Source: Candidatus Nanoarchaeia archaeon (GTDB lineage: Archaea > Nanobdellota > Nanobdellia > Pacearchaeales > GW2011-AR1). Taken from it: a stretch of DNA of 64,000 bases. The position numbers were made by a program, and so were the translations under genes. Location of the stretch: contig JAQTST010000001.1 in the NCBI GenBank assembly GCA_028711165.1, positions 149,872-213,871 on the forward strand, read 5' to 3'. Below are positions 26,957-33,980 of this stretch, one piece after another. The stretch's first letter is position 1, and each line of letters opens with the position of its first letter. The notes beneath the pieces were generated by a model. The model ran no database searches. It worked only from the letters and a program-made list of their open reading frames with translations, and was not told the DNA's origin.

Positions 26957-27022
26957 AGACAGTTCTGCCTGATAATTTTTTGCTCTAATAAGTTATATAA
27001 ATGTTTTTTGCGTAATCTAACT

Positions 27023-27916
27023 ATGATTAAAATAACTTTTCTGGGGACTTCTGATGCTATTCCGAGCGCGGAAAGAAATCATACTTCTATTTTATTGAAT
27101 TACAAAGATGAGAATATCCTCGTCGATTGCGGGGAAGGGACGCAGAGACAATTCAGAAAGGCGAAATTAAATCCGAACAAAATTACGAGAATATTAATCA
27201 CACACTGGCACGGGGACCATGTCCTCGGGATTCCTGGGATTTTGCAGACATTAAGTTTCAGCGAATACAAAAAAACGCTTTACATTTACGGGCCAAAAGG
27301 AACAAAAGAATTCATGAGAAATCTTCTTAACACTTTCGTGTTCCATAAAAATTTTAAAATTGACGTTGAAGAAGTAGACGGCAAATTTTTTGAGACAAAT
27401 GATTTTTATCTTGAGTCTGAAAATATGAGCCATGGAATTCCATGCAATGCTTACACTTTTGTTAAAAAAGGAAATCTGCGAATTGACAAAAAGAAACTTG
27501 CGAAGATAAAAATTCACGGACCGATTTTGAAAAAACTGAAAGAAGGAAAAGACATTGTTTACGACGGGAAAAAATATTTGGCTAAGAATTTAACGTACAA
27601 AGAAATTGGGAAAAAAGTTTCTTTTGTATTCGATACCTCGTTTAATGACCGGATTGTTCCATTTGTGAAAGATTCTGATTTGCTTGTCTGCGAGTCGACT
27701 TTTGGCGTGGAACTTGAAGACAAGGCAGATGAGTTTAAGCATTTGACTTCGAAACAAACTGCAGAAATTGCGAAGAAGTCTAAATCCAAAAAACTTGTTC
27801 TTACTCACATCAGCCAGAGATACAACAAAAACCCCAAGAAAATTTTAGACGCTGCGAAGAAGGTTTTCAAGAATTCTGTTTTGGTTAAGGATTTGGACGA
27901 GATTGAAATTAAGTAA
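27023..27916 (+). CDS. rnz: ribonuclease Z (tRNA 3' endonuclease)
   Basis: Metallo-beta-lactamase motif ITHWHGDH; KITFLGTS N-terminus. Its stop codon lies inside the 22-bp direct repeat at 27906-27927. Confidence 0.9.
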   Translation: MIKITFLGTSDAIPSAERNHTSILLNYKDENILVDCGEGTQRQFRKAKLNPNKITRILITHWHGDHVLGIPGILQTLSFSEYKKTLYIYGPKGTKEFMRNLLNTFVFHKNFKIDVEEVDGKFFETNDFYLESENMSHGIPCNAYTFVKKGNLRIDKKKLAKIKIHGPILKKLKEGKDIVYDGKKYLAKNLTYKEIGKKVSFVFDTSFNDRIVPFVKDSDLLVCESTFGVELEDKADEFKHLTSKQTAEIAKKSKSKKLVLTHISQRYNKNPKKILDAAKKVFKNSVLVKDLDEIEIK

Positions 27917-27927
27917 CGCCCCGGACA

Positions 27928-28005
27928 ACTCGAGCCCTCACTCGTTGCTTTAAATTTTTTCTCGCACTCGTGAAAACTCTCTGGATTTGCACCTCGGTTC
28001 AAATC
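27928..28005 (-). mobile_element. family B miniature insert between rnz and tRNA-Arg(UCU), flanked by a 22-bp duplication
   Basis: AAATTAAGTAACGCCCCGGACA at 27906-27927 and 28006-28027 (exact, 100 bp apart). The insert in tRNA sense is GATTTGAACCGAGGTGCAAATCCAGAGAGTTTTCACGAGTGCGAG...AACGAGTGAGGGCTCGAGT. Confidence 0.6.
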
Positions 28006-28016
28006 AAATTAAGTAA

Positions 28017-28091
28017 CGCCCCGGACAGGATTTGAACCTGCGACCCTTAGCTTAGAAGGCTAATGCTCTATCCAGGCTGAGCTACCAGGGC
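28017..28091 (-). tRNA. tRNA-Arg(UCU)
   Basis: Acceptor GCCCTGG/CCGGGGC+G, D arm GCTC-AGCCTGGATA-GAGC, anticodon arm TTAGC-CTTCTAA-GCTAA, T arm GCAGG-TTCAAAT-CCTGT. Confidence 0.9.
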
Positions 28092-28144
28092 ATACTATTA
28101 ATTTGTTTGAGAACCTTTAAAAGTTTTGCATTCTATAAACTCGC

Positions 28145-28984
28145 ATGAAAAAAGGAGCTGAAAATCTGAATTTTCCGTTGAAAGAAAAATATGTAGCGAT
28201 GCTTGCTCCGAGTTTTGTCGTCGACTTTCCTTATCCTAAAATAATTTCTCAATTAAAAAATCTTGGATTTGATAAAATTGTTGAGCTTACTTTTGGAGCG
28301 AAATTAGTGAATAGGGAATACCATAAAATTCTGGAAAAATCAAAAGGACTTGTTATCTCGAGTGTCTGTCCGGGAGTTGTCGAGACTATAAAATCAAAGT
28401 ATCCGAATTATGTAAAAAATCTTATTCCTGTTGACAGCCCGATGATAGCGATGGCAAAAATCTGCCGCAAGATTTATCCAGAACATAAAGTTGTTTTTAT
28501 TTCGCCCTGCAATTTCAAAAAAATAGAATCTGAAAATTCTGATTATGTTGATTATACTATTGACTACAAAGAACTCAAAAATATCTTGGGGAAATGTAAA
28601 AAATTAGACGGAAAAAATTCAGAGGTTACCTTTGACAAATTTTACAATGATTACACAAAAATTTATCCTATTGCCGGAGGACTTTACAAGACTGCTCATC
28701 TGAAAAATATTCTGGAAAATGACGAAGCAATAATTATCGACGGGATGGACAGGGTTATGAAATTCCTTGACAATCCTGACTCTAAAATAAAGTTTCTCGA
28801 CGTTAATTTTTGCAGGGGCGGGTGCATTGGCGGGCCGTGTATAAACTCAAAACTTCCGTTAATACTAAGAAGAAAAAAAGTTCTTGATTATCTGAAAATT
28901 GCTGAAAAAGAAGAAATTCCCGAGGGGAGCAAGGGAGTTGTGAAAGAAGCTAAAGGGATTTCTCTTAGACGGGAATACAAATAA
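28145..28984 (+). CDS. minimal [FeFe]-hydrogenase large-subunit-like (Fe_hyd_lg_C-like) protein
   Basis: VAMLAPSFVV, LGFDKIVELTFGA, ISSVCPGVVE, FISPCNFKKIE and FCRGGCIGGPC parallel the H-cluster motifs (TSCCP, MPCxxKxxE, CxxGCxxGG). It lacks N-terminal ferredoxin domains and has one Cys in place of the CC pair. Confidence 0.5.
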   Translation: MKKGAENLNFPLKEKYVAMLAPSFVVDFPYPKIISQLKNLGFDKIVELTFGAKLVNREYHKILEKSKGLVISSVCPGVVETIKSKYPNYVKNLIPVDSPMIAMAKICRKIYPEHKVVFISPCNFKKIESENSDYVDYTIDYKELKNILGKCKKLDGKNSEVTFDKFYNDYTKIYPIAGGLYKTAHLKNILENDEAIIIDGMDRVMKFLDNPDSKIKFLDVNFCRGGCIGGPCINSKLPLILRRKKVLDYLKIAEKEEIPEGSKGVVKEAKGISLRREYK

Positions 28985-29102
28985 TTTTATATATCGTGCC
29001 TCTGTGCAATTATGATTAACTTTAAAAGTTTTGAATTTCTTTCTTTTCTATGCGGACTCAGAAAATCTCTGCGAGATTCTGGTCACGCACTCACATGTTC
29101 GC

Positions 29103-29197
29103 GCGCGGGTGGCACAGCGGCTACTGCGTCTCCCTGCAGATTATAAATTAAATAATCGGAAAGGAGATTTTCACGGGTTCGAGTCCCGTCCCGCGCT
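29103..29197 (+). tRNA. tRNA-Cys(GCA) with a 22-nt intron at 37/38
   Basis: Acceptor GCGCGGG/CCCGCGC+T. Anticodon stem TCTCC...GGAGA with loop CTGCAG|A. Intron about 29140-29161 (ATTATAAATTAAATAATCGGAA). T arm ACGGG-TTCGAGT-CCCGT. Confidence 0.85.
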
Positions 29198-29198
29198 T

Positions 29199-29288
29199 AT
29201 TTTATAAAAGGACGAGAACCCTGGGTTCGACGAGCGATTTCACAAGTGCCGGAAAAATTTTGAATGCAACGAGTGGGGTCGGGAGCTT
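29199..29288 (+). mobile_element. family B miniature insert 3' of tRNA-Cys, flanked by a 15-bp duplication
   Basis: TCCCGTCCCGCGCTT at 29184-29198 and 29289-29303 (exact). The insert contains GAACCCTGGGTTCGACGAGCGATTTCACAAGTGCCGG...AACGAGTGGGGTCGGGAGCTT and is colinear with the other B copies in tRNA sense. Confidence 0.6.
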
Positions 29289-29347
29289 TCCCGTCCCGCG
29301 CTTTACTCTGTAAAAATATTTATAAATTGTAGTGCCTAAGTTATGTA

Positions 29348-31015
29348 ATGGCTTTTGTCGTCAAGAAAACAATAAACGGAAAAGAGTATTACTATCTCAA
29401 TGAAAACAAGAGAATCGACGGAAAAGTTAAAACAAAAAGTCTTGCTTACCTCGGAAAAACAAAAAAGGAAGCAGAGAAAAAAGCAAAAGAAATCATGACA
29501 AATATGGAGAAAGAAAAAACAAAACCTGAAAAAAAAGAAATAAAAGAAATCAGAACTGAAAGCAAAAAAATTTCAATCGACGAACTGACAAATTTCTGCA
29601 AGAGCAAGGGATTTATTTTCAGAAGTTCAGATATTTACGGGGGGTTTGCAGGATTCTGGGACTTTGGTCCTTTGGGAGTTGAATTATTGAACAACATAAA
29701 AAGAGAATGGTGGAAATTTTTTGTCCACGAAAAAGAAAATGTCGTCGGAATGGAAGCAAGTGTAATAAGCCATCCGCGAGCATGGGCTGCGAGCGGGCAT
29801 ATTGCAAACTTTAGTGATGTTGCTGTTTACTGTCCAAGATGCAAATTGTCGACGAAGATTGACAAGAGCGAAGTTGGAAAAATCAGATGCGAAAAGTGCG
29901 GTGGGGAATATGAAATTAAAGGAGAATTCAGTTTAATGTTCAAGACAAAAGTGGGAGCTCTCGACGCTGTTGATGCTTATCTCCGGGGAGAAACTGCACA
30001 GGGAATGTTTATGGATTTTAAATTAATCCAGCAAACGTCGAGGATGCAACTGCCTTTTGGTATTGCACAGCTTGGAAGATGCTTCAGAAATGAAATTGCA
30101 CCAAGAGATTTTTTGTTCAGAAGCAGAGAATTTCATATAGGAGAATTTGAATTTTTTATAAGTCCTGAAGAAAAAAAATGCGAACTTCTTGATGAAGAAC
30201 ATTTGAACACCGAATTTAATTTTCTCGACGAGGAAACACAAAAAACAGGAAAAGATGAACTGAAAAAAACCAAAATAAGGGAATTGCTAAAAAAAGGAAA
30301 ACTTGACGAGTGGCATGCTTACTGGCTTGCAGAACAAATTATCTGGTTTCAAAAACTTGGACTTAATGAAATAAAAATAAGAGAACATACCAAAGATGAA
30401 CTCAGCCATTACAGCTCTGCAACTTTCGACATTGATTATGAATATCCTTTTGGTTCAAAAGAAGTTGCAGGAATTGCAAACAGGGGACAATATGATTTGA
30501 CTCAGCATCAAAAAGAAAGCAAACAAAATATGGAAATCTTCGACGAGAAATACAAGAAAAAAGTTCTTCCGAGAGTTATTGAGCCAACCTTTGGAATTGA
30601 AAGAATTTTTCTTGCAGTGCTGACAAAAGCTTATACTTATGATTCTGAAAGACAAAATATTGTTTTGAAAATTCCTCCATCTCTTGCACCAATAAAAGCT
30701 GCAATTTTTCCAATTGTAAAAAGAAATGATTTCGAAAAAATTTCTTTGGAAATTATTAATGAGTTAAAGGAAGACCTGCATGTTGTTTCTGATTTGTCGG
30801 GGAGCATCGGAAGAAGATATGCCAGAAATGATGAAATCGGAACACCTTACTGCATAACTGTCGACGAGGAATCGCTAAAAAATAAAGATGTTACAATCCG
30901 TGACAGAGACACCAAGAAACAAATTAGAGTTAAAATTTCTGAATTAAAAAATGTTTTAAAAAAATTAATCAACGGACAAATTTCTTTTGAAAAAGCAGGG
31001 AAATTGCTGAAATAA
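29348..31015 (+). CDS. glyS: glycyl-tRNA synthetase (archaeal/eukaryotic alpha2 type) with a ~75-aa N-terminal extension
   Basis: DIYGGFAGFWDFGPLG, class II motifs, and a C-terminal anticodon-binding domain. The extra N-terminus is KKTINGKEYYYLNENKRIDGKVKTKSLAYLG followed by a K/E-rich linker. Confidence 0.9.
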   Translation: MAFVVKKTINGKEYYYLNENKRIDGKVKTKSLAYLGKTKKEAEKKAKEIMTNMEKEKTKPEKKEIKEIRTESKKISIDELTNFCKSKGFIFRSSDIYGGFAGFWDFGPLGVELLNNIKREWWKFFVHEKENVVGMEASVISHPRAWAASGHIANFSDVAVYCPRCKLSTKIDKSEVGKIRCEKCGGEYEIKGEFSLMFKTKVGALDAVDAYLRGETAQGMFMDFKLIQQTSRMQLPFGIAQLGRCFRNEIAPRDFLFRSREFHIGEFEFFISPEEKKCELLDEEHLNTEFNFLDEETQKTGKDELKKTKIRELLKKGKLDEWHAYWLAEQIIWFQKLGLNEIKIREHTKDELSHYSSATFDIDYEYPFGSKEVAGIANRGQYDLTQHQKESKQNMEIFDEKYKKKVLPRVIEPTFGIERIFLAVLTKAYTYDSERQNIVLKIPPSLAPIKAAIFPIVKRNDFEKISLEIINELKEDLHVVSDLSGSIGRRYARNDEIGTPYCITVDEESLKNKDVTIRDRDTKKQIRVKISELKNVLKKLINGQISFEKAGKLLK

Positions 31016-31114
31016 GCTTTTTCCGACGGCAAATCTCAAAACTTTTGTGGTATTTTTGGCAAAAATTTATAAACAAGAAATTCTTAATACAAATAATTAA
31101 AATAGAGGTGACAA

Positions 31115-31294
31115 ATGGTAAGACGAAAAGCAACAACTGCTAAGCAAAAGACTGCAGCTAGACAAAATCTGGTTAAAGCCAGAAAAAAATGGAAAGGAAT
31201 GACTTCCAAGGCTAGAAAAGCAGCAATGCCTAACAAGAAAAGAAGAACCGCTAAGAAGACAACCAAGAAGACAACCAAAAAAAGAAGAAGATAA
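31115..31294 (+). CDS. small highly basic protein (59 aa, below ORF-track cutoff)
   Basis: GAGGTG Shine-Dalgarno sequence 5 nt upstream of ATG 31115. Translation MVRRKATTAKQKTAARQNLVKARKKWKGMTSKARKAAMPNKKRRTAKKTTKKTTKKRRR. The track ORF 31084-31278 (-) looks like its hydrophobic antisense shadow. Confidence 0.45.
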   Translation: MVRRKATTAKQKTAARQNLVKARKKWKGMTSKARKAAMPNKKRRTAKKTTKKTTKKRRR

Positions 31295-31348
31295 TTTTCT
31301 TCTGAGTCGTCATCTTCTATTTTTATTTTTTATTTTACTTTCTGTTTC

Positions 31349-31954
31349 TTATTTAATTAAACTTTTTATTATATTCAGATTATATTCTCTGATTGAATCA
31401 TTTTTTATCAGATTATAATCGCTCTTTATAATTCTCGTTTTGTTTGAATTTACTTCTGTCAATTCAATATTCTCTTTGGTTTTTGCAGAAACATATATCA
31501 GAAAAAATGAATTGATAATTTTATTATTTTTTTCTATATGTTCAAGAGAAATGGAATTTATTTTTTTCAAGTCTGCATTTACCCCGTGTTTTTCTTTCAT
31601 AATCCTTTTTACAGAATCGTTTATATCCTCTCCAAGAAGAATTCTTCCTCCTGGAAGTCCTAATAAATTTTTGTAGGGTCTCTTAACTCTCTCGTATAAG
31701 AAACAATTTTTTTCATCGCCAATCAGAATAAGAACAACCGGAAGAGTCGCATTTTTATCCGAGATATAAGGTATTAAAGATTCAGAAGATTCAGTTAGCA
31801 TGTAAAATTCATCTTCTTTTTTTAATATATTTTTCTCGATTAATTTTTTTAAATGATAATCTAGCTTGTTTGACCTTACCTTTAGTGCCTTTTCTATTTC
31901 ATGAAATTTCAGATTATTCCTCGTCAGAAACAGTTCTGTTATTTTTTTCTCCAT
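31349..31954 (-). CDS. winged-helix (ArsR-like) and NUDIX-domain fusion protein
   Basis: N-terminal wHTH-like FHEIEKALKVRSNKLDYHLKKLIEKNIL, then a degenerate Nudix box GLPGGRILLGEDINDSVKRIMKEKHGV. Confidence 0.6.
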   Translation of the reverse strand: MEKKITELFLTRNNLKFHEIEKALKVRSNKLDYHLKKLIEKNILKKEDEFYMLTESSESLIPYISDKNATLPVVLILIGDEKNCFLYERVKRPYKNLLGLPGGRILLGEDINDSVKRIMKEKHGVNADLKKINSISLEHIEKNNKIINSFFLIYVSAKTKENIELTEVNSNKTRIIKSDYNLIKNDSIREYNLNIIKSLIK

Positions 31955-32006
31955 TAGTCAAATTTTTTGAGGAATTATTTAAATATTGTTGTGATAAATC
32001 TTTTTC

Positions 32007-32501
32007 ATGCCTGACAAAAATCTCATCCATTATGCAGTTGTTACAGGAATTTTAATGAATAAAGATGGAAAATTTTTGGTTGTAAAACGTGCTGATTGGG
32101 AAAAAGCATTTCCGGGAAGATGGACTGTTCCTGGCGGAAAATTAGAAGTTTTGGATTATGCTCTCAGAGACAAAGACACTCCACACCATTGGTACAACAT
32201 TTTTGAGAATCTGCTTAAGAGAGAAGTTTCGGAAGAAGTCGGAATTGAAATTGAAAATATTGATTACGTTACAAGCATGGTGTATATTCGGCCCGATAAA
32301 ATTCCGTGCCTGATTGTGAGTTTATTTGCCGACGCTATTACTGAAAAAATAAAACTTTGCAATGCATTAACAGAATATAAATGGGTGGACTTGGACGAGG
32401 CTAAAGATTTTGATTTAATCGAAGGGATTTATGATGAACTGATTATTCTTGACAAAAAACTGAAAGGTGAAAAAATTCTCTGGGAAGGGAAAAATCTCTG
32501 A
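32007..32501 (+). CDS. NUDIX hydrolase
   Basis: Nudix box GGKLEVLD...LKREVSEEVGIE. Confidence 0.8.
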   Translation: MPDKNLIHYAVVTGILMNKDGKFLVVKRADWEKAFPGRWTVPGGKLEVLDYALRDKDTPHHWYNIFENLLKREVSEEVGIEIENIDYVTSMVYIRPDKIPCLIVSLFADAITEKIKLCNALTEYKWVDLDEAKDFDLIEGIYDELIILDKKLKGEKILWEGKNL

Positions 32502-32529
32502 TAAATATTTTAAACTCTATTTTTCTTAA

Positions 32530-32883
32530 ATGATGATGGAAGACTGCATATTCTGCAAAATGAGTTCTGGGGAAATTCCTGTCAAGAAAATTTATGAGAA
32601 CTCTAATTTCTTTTCTATTCCAGATATTAATCAGGAAATTAAAGGACATGCTTTGGTTATCTGCAAGAAACATTTTGAAAATACTTTAAATCTGCCGAAC
32701 ATCCTCGGCGCTGAACTTTTAGACTGTACGAAAAATACTGCACTGAAATTAATGAAAGAATATCATGCCGAAGGATTTAATATTTTGAATAATAATTTTA
32801 AAATTGCGGGACAAATTGTCAATCATTTTCATCTGCATATTTTACCAAGAAAAAAAGATGACGGAGTAAATTTACTTTCCTAA
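32530..32883 (+). CDS. HIT-family (histidine triad) protein
   Basis: CIFCKM N-terminus and HFHLHILP triad. Confidence 0.9.
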   Translation: MMMEDCIFCKMSSGEIPVKKIYENSNFFSIPDINQEIKGHALVICKKHFENTLNLPNILGAELLDCTKNTALKLMKEYHAEGFNILNNNFKIAGQIVNHFHLHILPRKKDDGVNLLS

Positions 32884-33258
32884 CTTCTTAATCAGAAAAT
32901 AGATAATCATCGACGATGAAATTCCTGCCAAATCAACAAGCACATCTCCTATTCCAGAAGTTCTCAACGGAACAAATGACTGGTGAATCTCGTCGGATAT
33001 AGCAATCATTAATGAAACGAGAATTGTTATTATAATATATTTTAATTTTAGCTTTTTAGTTGAAATTACCATAAGGAATAAAGCAGCAAATCCTGCGAAA
33101 ACTGTGAAATGATAGAATATTGACGGCCAGACAGAACCAAAAGAAATTGCTCCTCCCGGCGTGCTTGAAAAATAAATTATGACTCCGAGATTAATCAATA
33201 GCAAAACTGCTGAAACTATTTTATTCTTTTCAAACCATTCTAAAATTTTTTTTAACAT
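32872..33258 (-). CDS. VanZ-like membrane protein
   Basis: Four TM helices and the DEIHQSFVPLRTSGIGDVLVDLAG motif. Confidence 0.75.
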   Translation of the reverse strand: MLKKILEWFEKNKIVSAVLLLINLGVIIYFSSTPGGAISFGSVWPSIFYHFTVFAGFAALFLMVISTKKLKLKYIIITILVSLMIAISDEIHQSFVPLRTSGIGDVLVDLAGISSSMIIYFLIKKLGK

Positions 33259-33272
33259 TTTTCTAGTTTTTT

Positions 33273-33329
33273 ATTTTGCTCAGTATCCCGCCCCCCACCC
33301 CAATGGAAGTTAATTAGTCTTCACAAAAT
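33273..33329 (+). repeat. family A hairpin/C-tract element, copy A3 (degenerate)
   Basis: ATTTTGCTCAGTATCCCGCCCCCCACCCCAATGGAAGTTAATTAGTCTTCACAAAAT. Aligns along its full length with A4. C runs of 3, 6 and 4. Confidence 0.7.
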
Positions 33330-33341
33330 AAAAATTAATTC

Positions 33342-33442
33342 ATGGCTCTGGTCCTCGCTTCGCTGCGGGCGAGCCATCTCAATCCTTCAATGGCTCTGGG
33401 CTAAAATTTAGGAAAAATTTTGCCACATAGCCTATGGCTCTG
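33342..33442 (-). repeat. three extra copies of the tRNA-Met 3' terminal nonamer, each preceded (tRNA sense) by a 5-bp hairpin
   Basis: ATGGCTCTG at 33342-33350, 33390-33398 and 33434-33442, plus 33543-33551 in the tRNA itself. Hairpins in tRNA sense are CTCGC-(10 nt)-GCGAG, GGCTA-(24 nt)-TAGCC and GGGAG-GTCAGCA-CTCCC. Confidence 0.7.
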
Positions 33443-33542
33443 GGGAGTGCTGACCTCCCTAACTCGCGACCTCCCTCATTCAACACTGACCCTACTTTCG
33501 TGAAATCGCTCGCCTCTGCCTACATCAAAGCTTGTTTAATTT
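33443..33542 (-). mobile_element. family B miniature insert 3' of tRNA-Met/Ile(CAU)
   Basis: Between nonamer copies at 33434-33442 and 33543-33551. Contains CGAGCGATTTCACGAAAGTAGGGTCAGTG...AATGAGGGAGGTCGCGAGTT (tRNA sense), colinear with the Leu copy. Confidence 0.6.
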
Positions 33543-33543
33543 A

Positions 33544-33615
33544 TGGCTCTGAAGAGAATTTAACTCTCGACCTCTGCCTTATGAGAGCAGCGCTCTAACA
33601 CTGAGCTACAGAGCC
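33544..33615 (-). tRNA. tRNA with CAU anticodon (elongator Met or Ile2)
   Basis: Acceptor GGCTCTG/CAGAGCC+A (G1-C72, so not an initiator). Anticodon arm CTGCT-CTCATAA-GGCAG. T arm GAGAG-TTAAATT-CTCTT. Confidence 0.85.
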
Positions 33616-33618
33616 TTT

Positions 33619-33691
33619 CTGTTTTATGATTCTGTAGCGAACTAATGCCTTTTAGCAAGGGGTTAGTGTAAGGGGATGTGCCCCTCATGAA
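33619..33691 (-). repeat. 73-bp insert 5' of tRNA-Met, flanked by a 13-bp duplication of the tRNA 5' end
   Basis: CTACAGAGCCTTT at 33606-33618 and 33692-33704 (exact). The insert contains the hairpin GGGG-CACAT-CCCC. Confidence 0.6.
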
Positions 33692-33760
33692 CTACAGAGC
33701 CTTTATAATTAGCAAAAGAAAAAGATAATTTAAAAGTCTTCTTATAGAATAAAAACCAGA

Positions 33761-33940
33761 TTAAACCTTTATTTTTTCGATTCTCGCAAGCAAACCTGCC
33801 ATCTGGTTTCTAAGTTTTTTGCTTGGCATAATTCCTTTTAGAATTTGTTTATTCTTTCCAAAATCTTTGTCGAATTTTATTCCTTCACTCATTACTTTTT
33901 TTGCAGATCTTCTTATTAATCTTGATTTTATCTTACCCAT
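33761..33940 (-). CDS. rps17e: 30S ribosomal protein S17e (59 aa, below ORF-track cutoff)
   Basis: MGKIKSRLIRRSAKKVMSEGIKFDKDFGKNKQILKGIMPSKKLRNQMAGLLARIEKIKV matches the eS17 pattern (MG.I....I.R.A..., SK.LRN..AG). Confidence 0.8.
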   Translation of the reverse strand: MGKIKSRLIRRSAKKVMSEGIKFDKDFGKNKQILKGIMPSKKLRNQMAGLLARIEKIKV

Positions 33941-33980
33941 ATTATTTTTCCTTTTTTTTCCTATTTAAAGGTTTCTCTAC

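Noticed and set aside
33342-33551. Four regularly recurring ATGGCTCTG copies, considered as a possible CRISPR-like array.
   Set aside because: The repeat is only 9 bp and equals the tRNA-Met 3' end. Spacings are irregular (48, 44 and 109 bp), and no cas genes or leader are present. It is treated instead as stacked tRNA-end duplications.
33616-33704. Possible second tRNA gene starting with GGCTCTGTAG upstream of tRNA-Met.
   Set aside because: After the first 10 nt the sequence cannot be folded into D, anticodon or T arms, and no matching acceptor 3' strand follows. It is interpreted as a duplicated 5' end plus a 73-bp insert.
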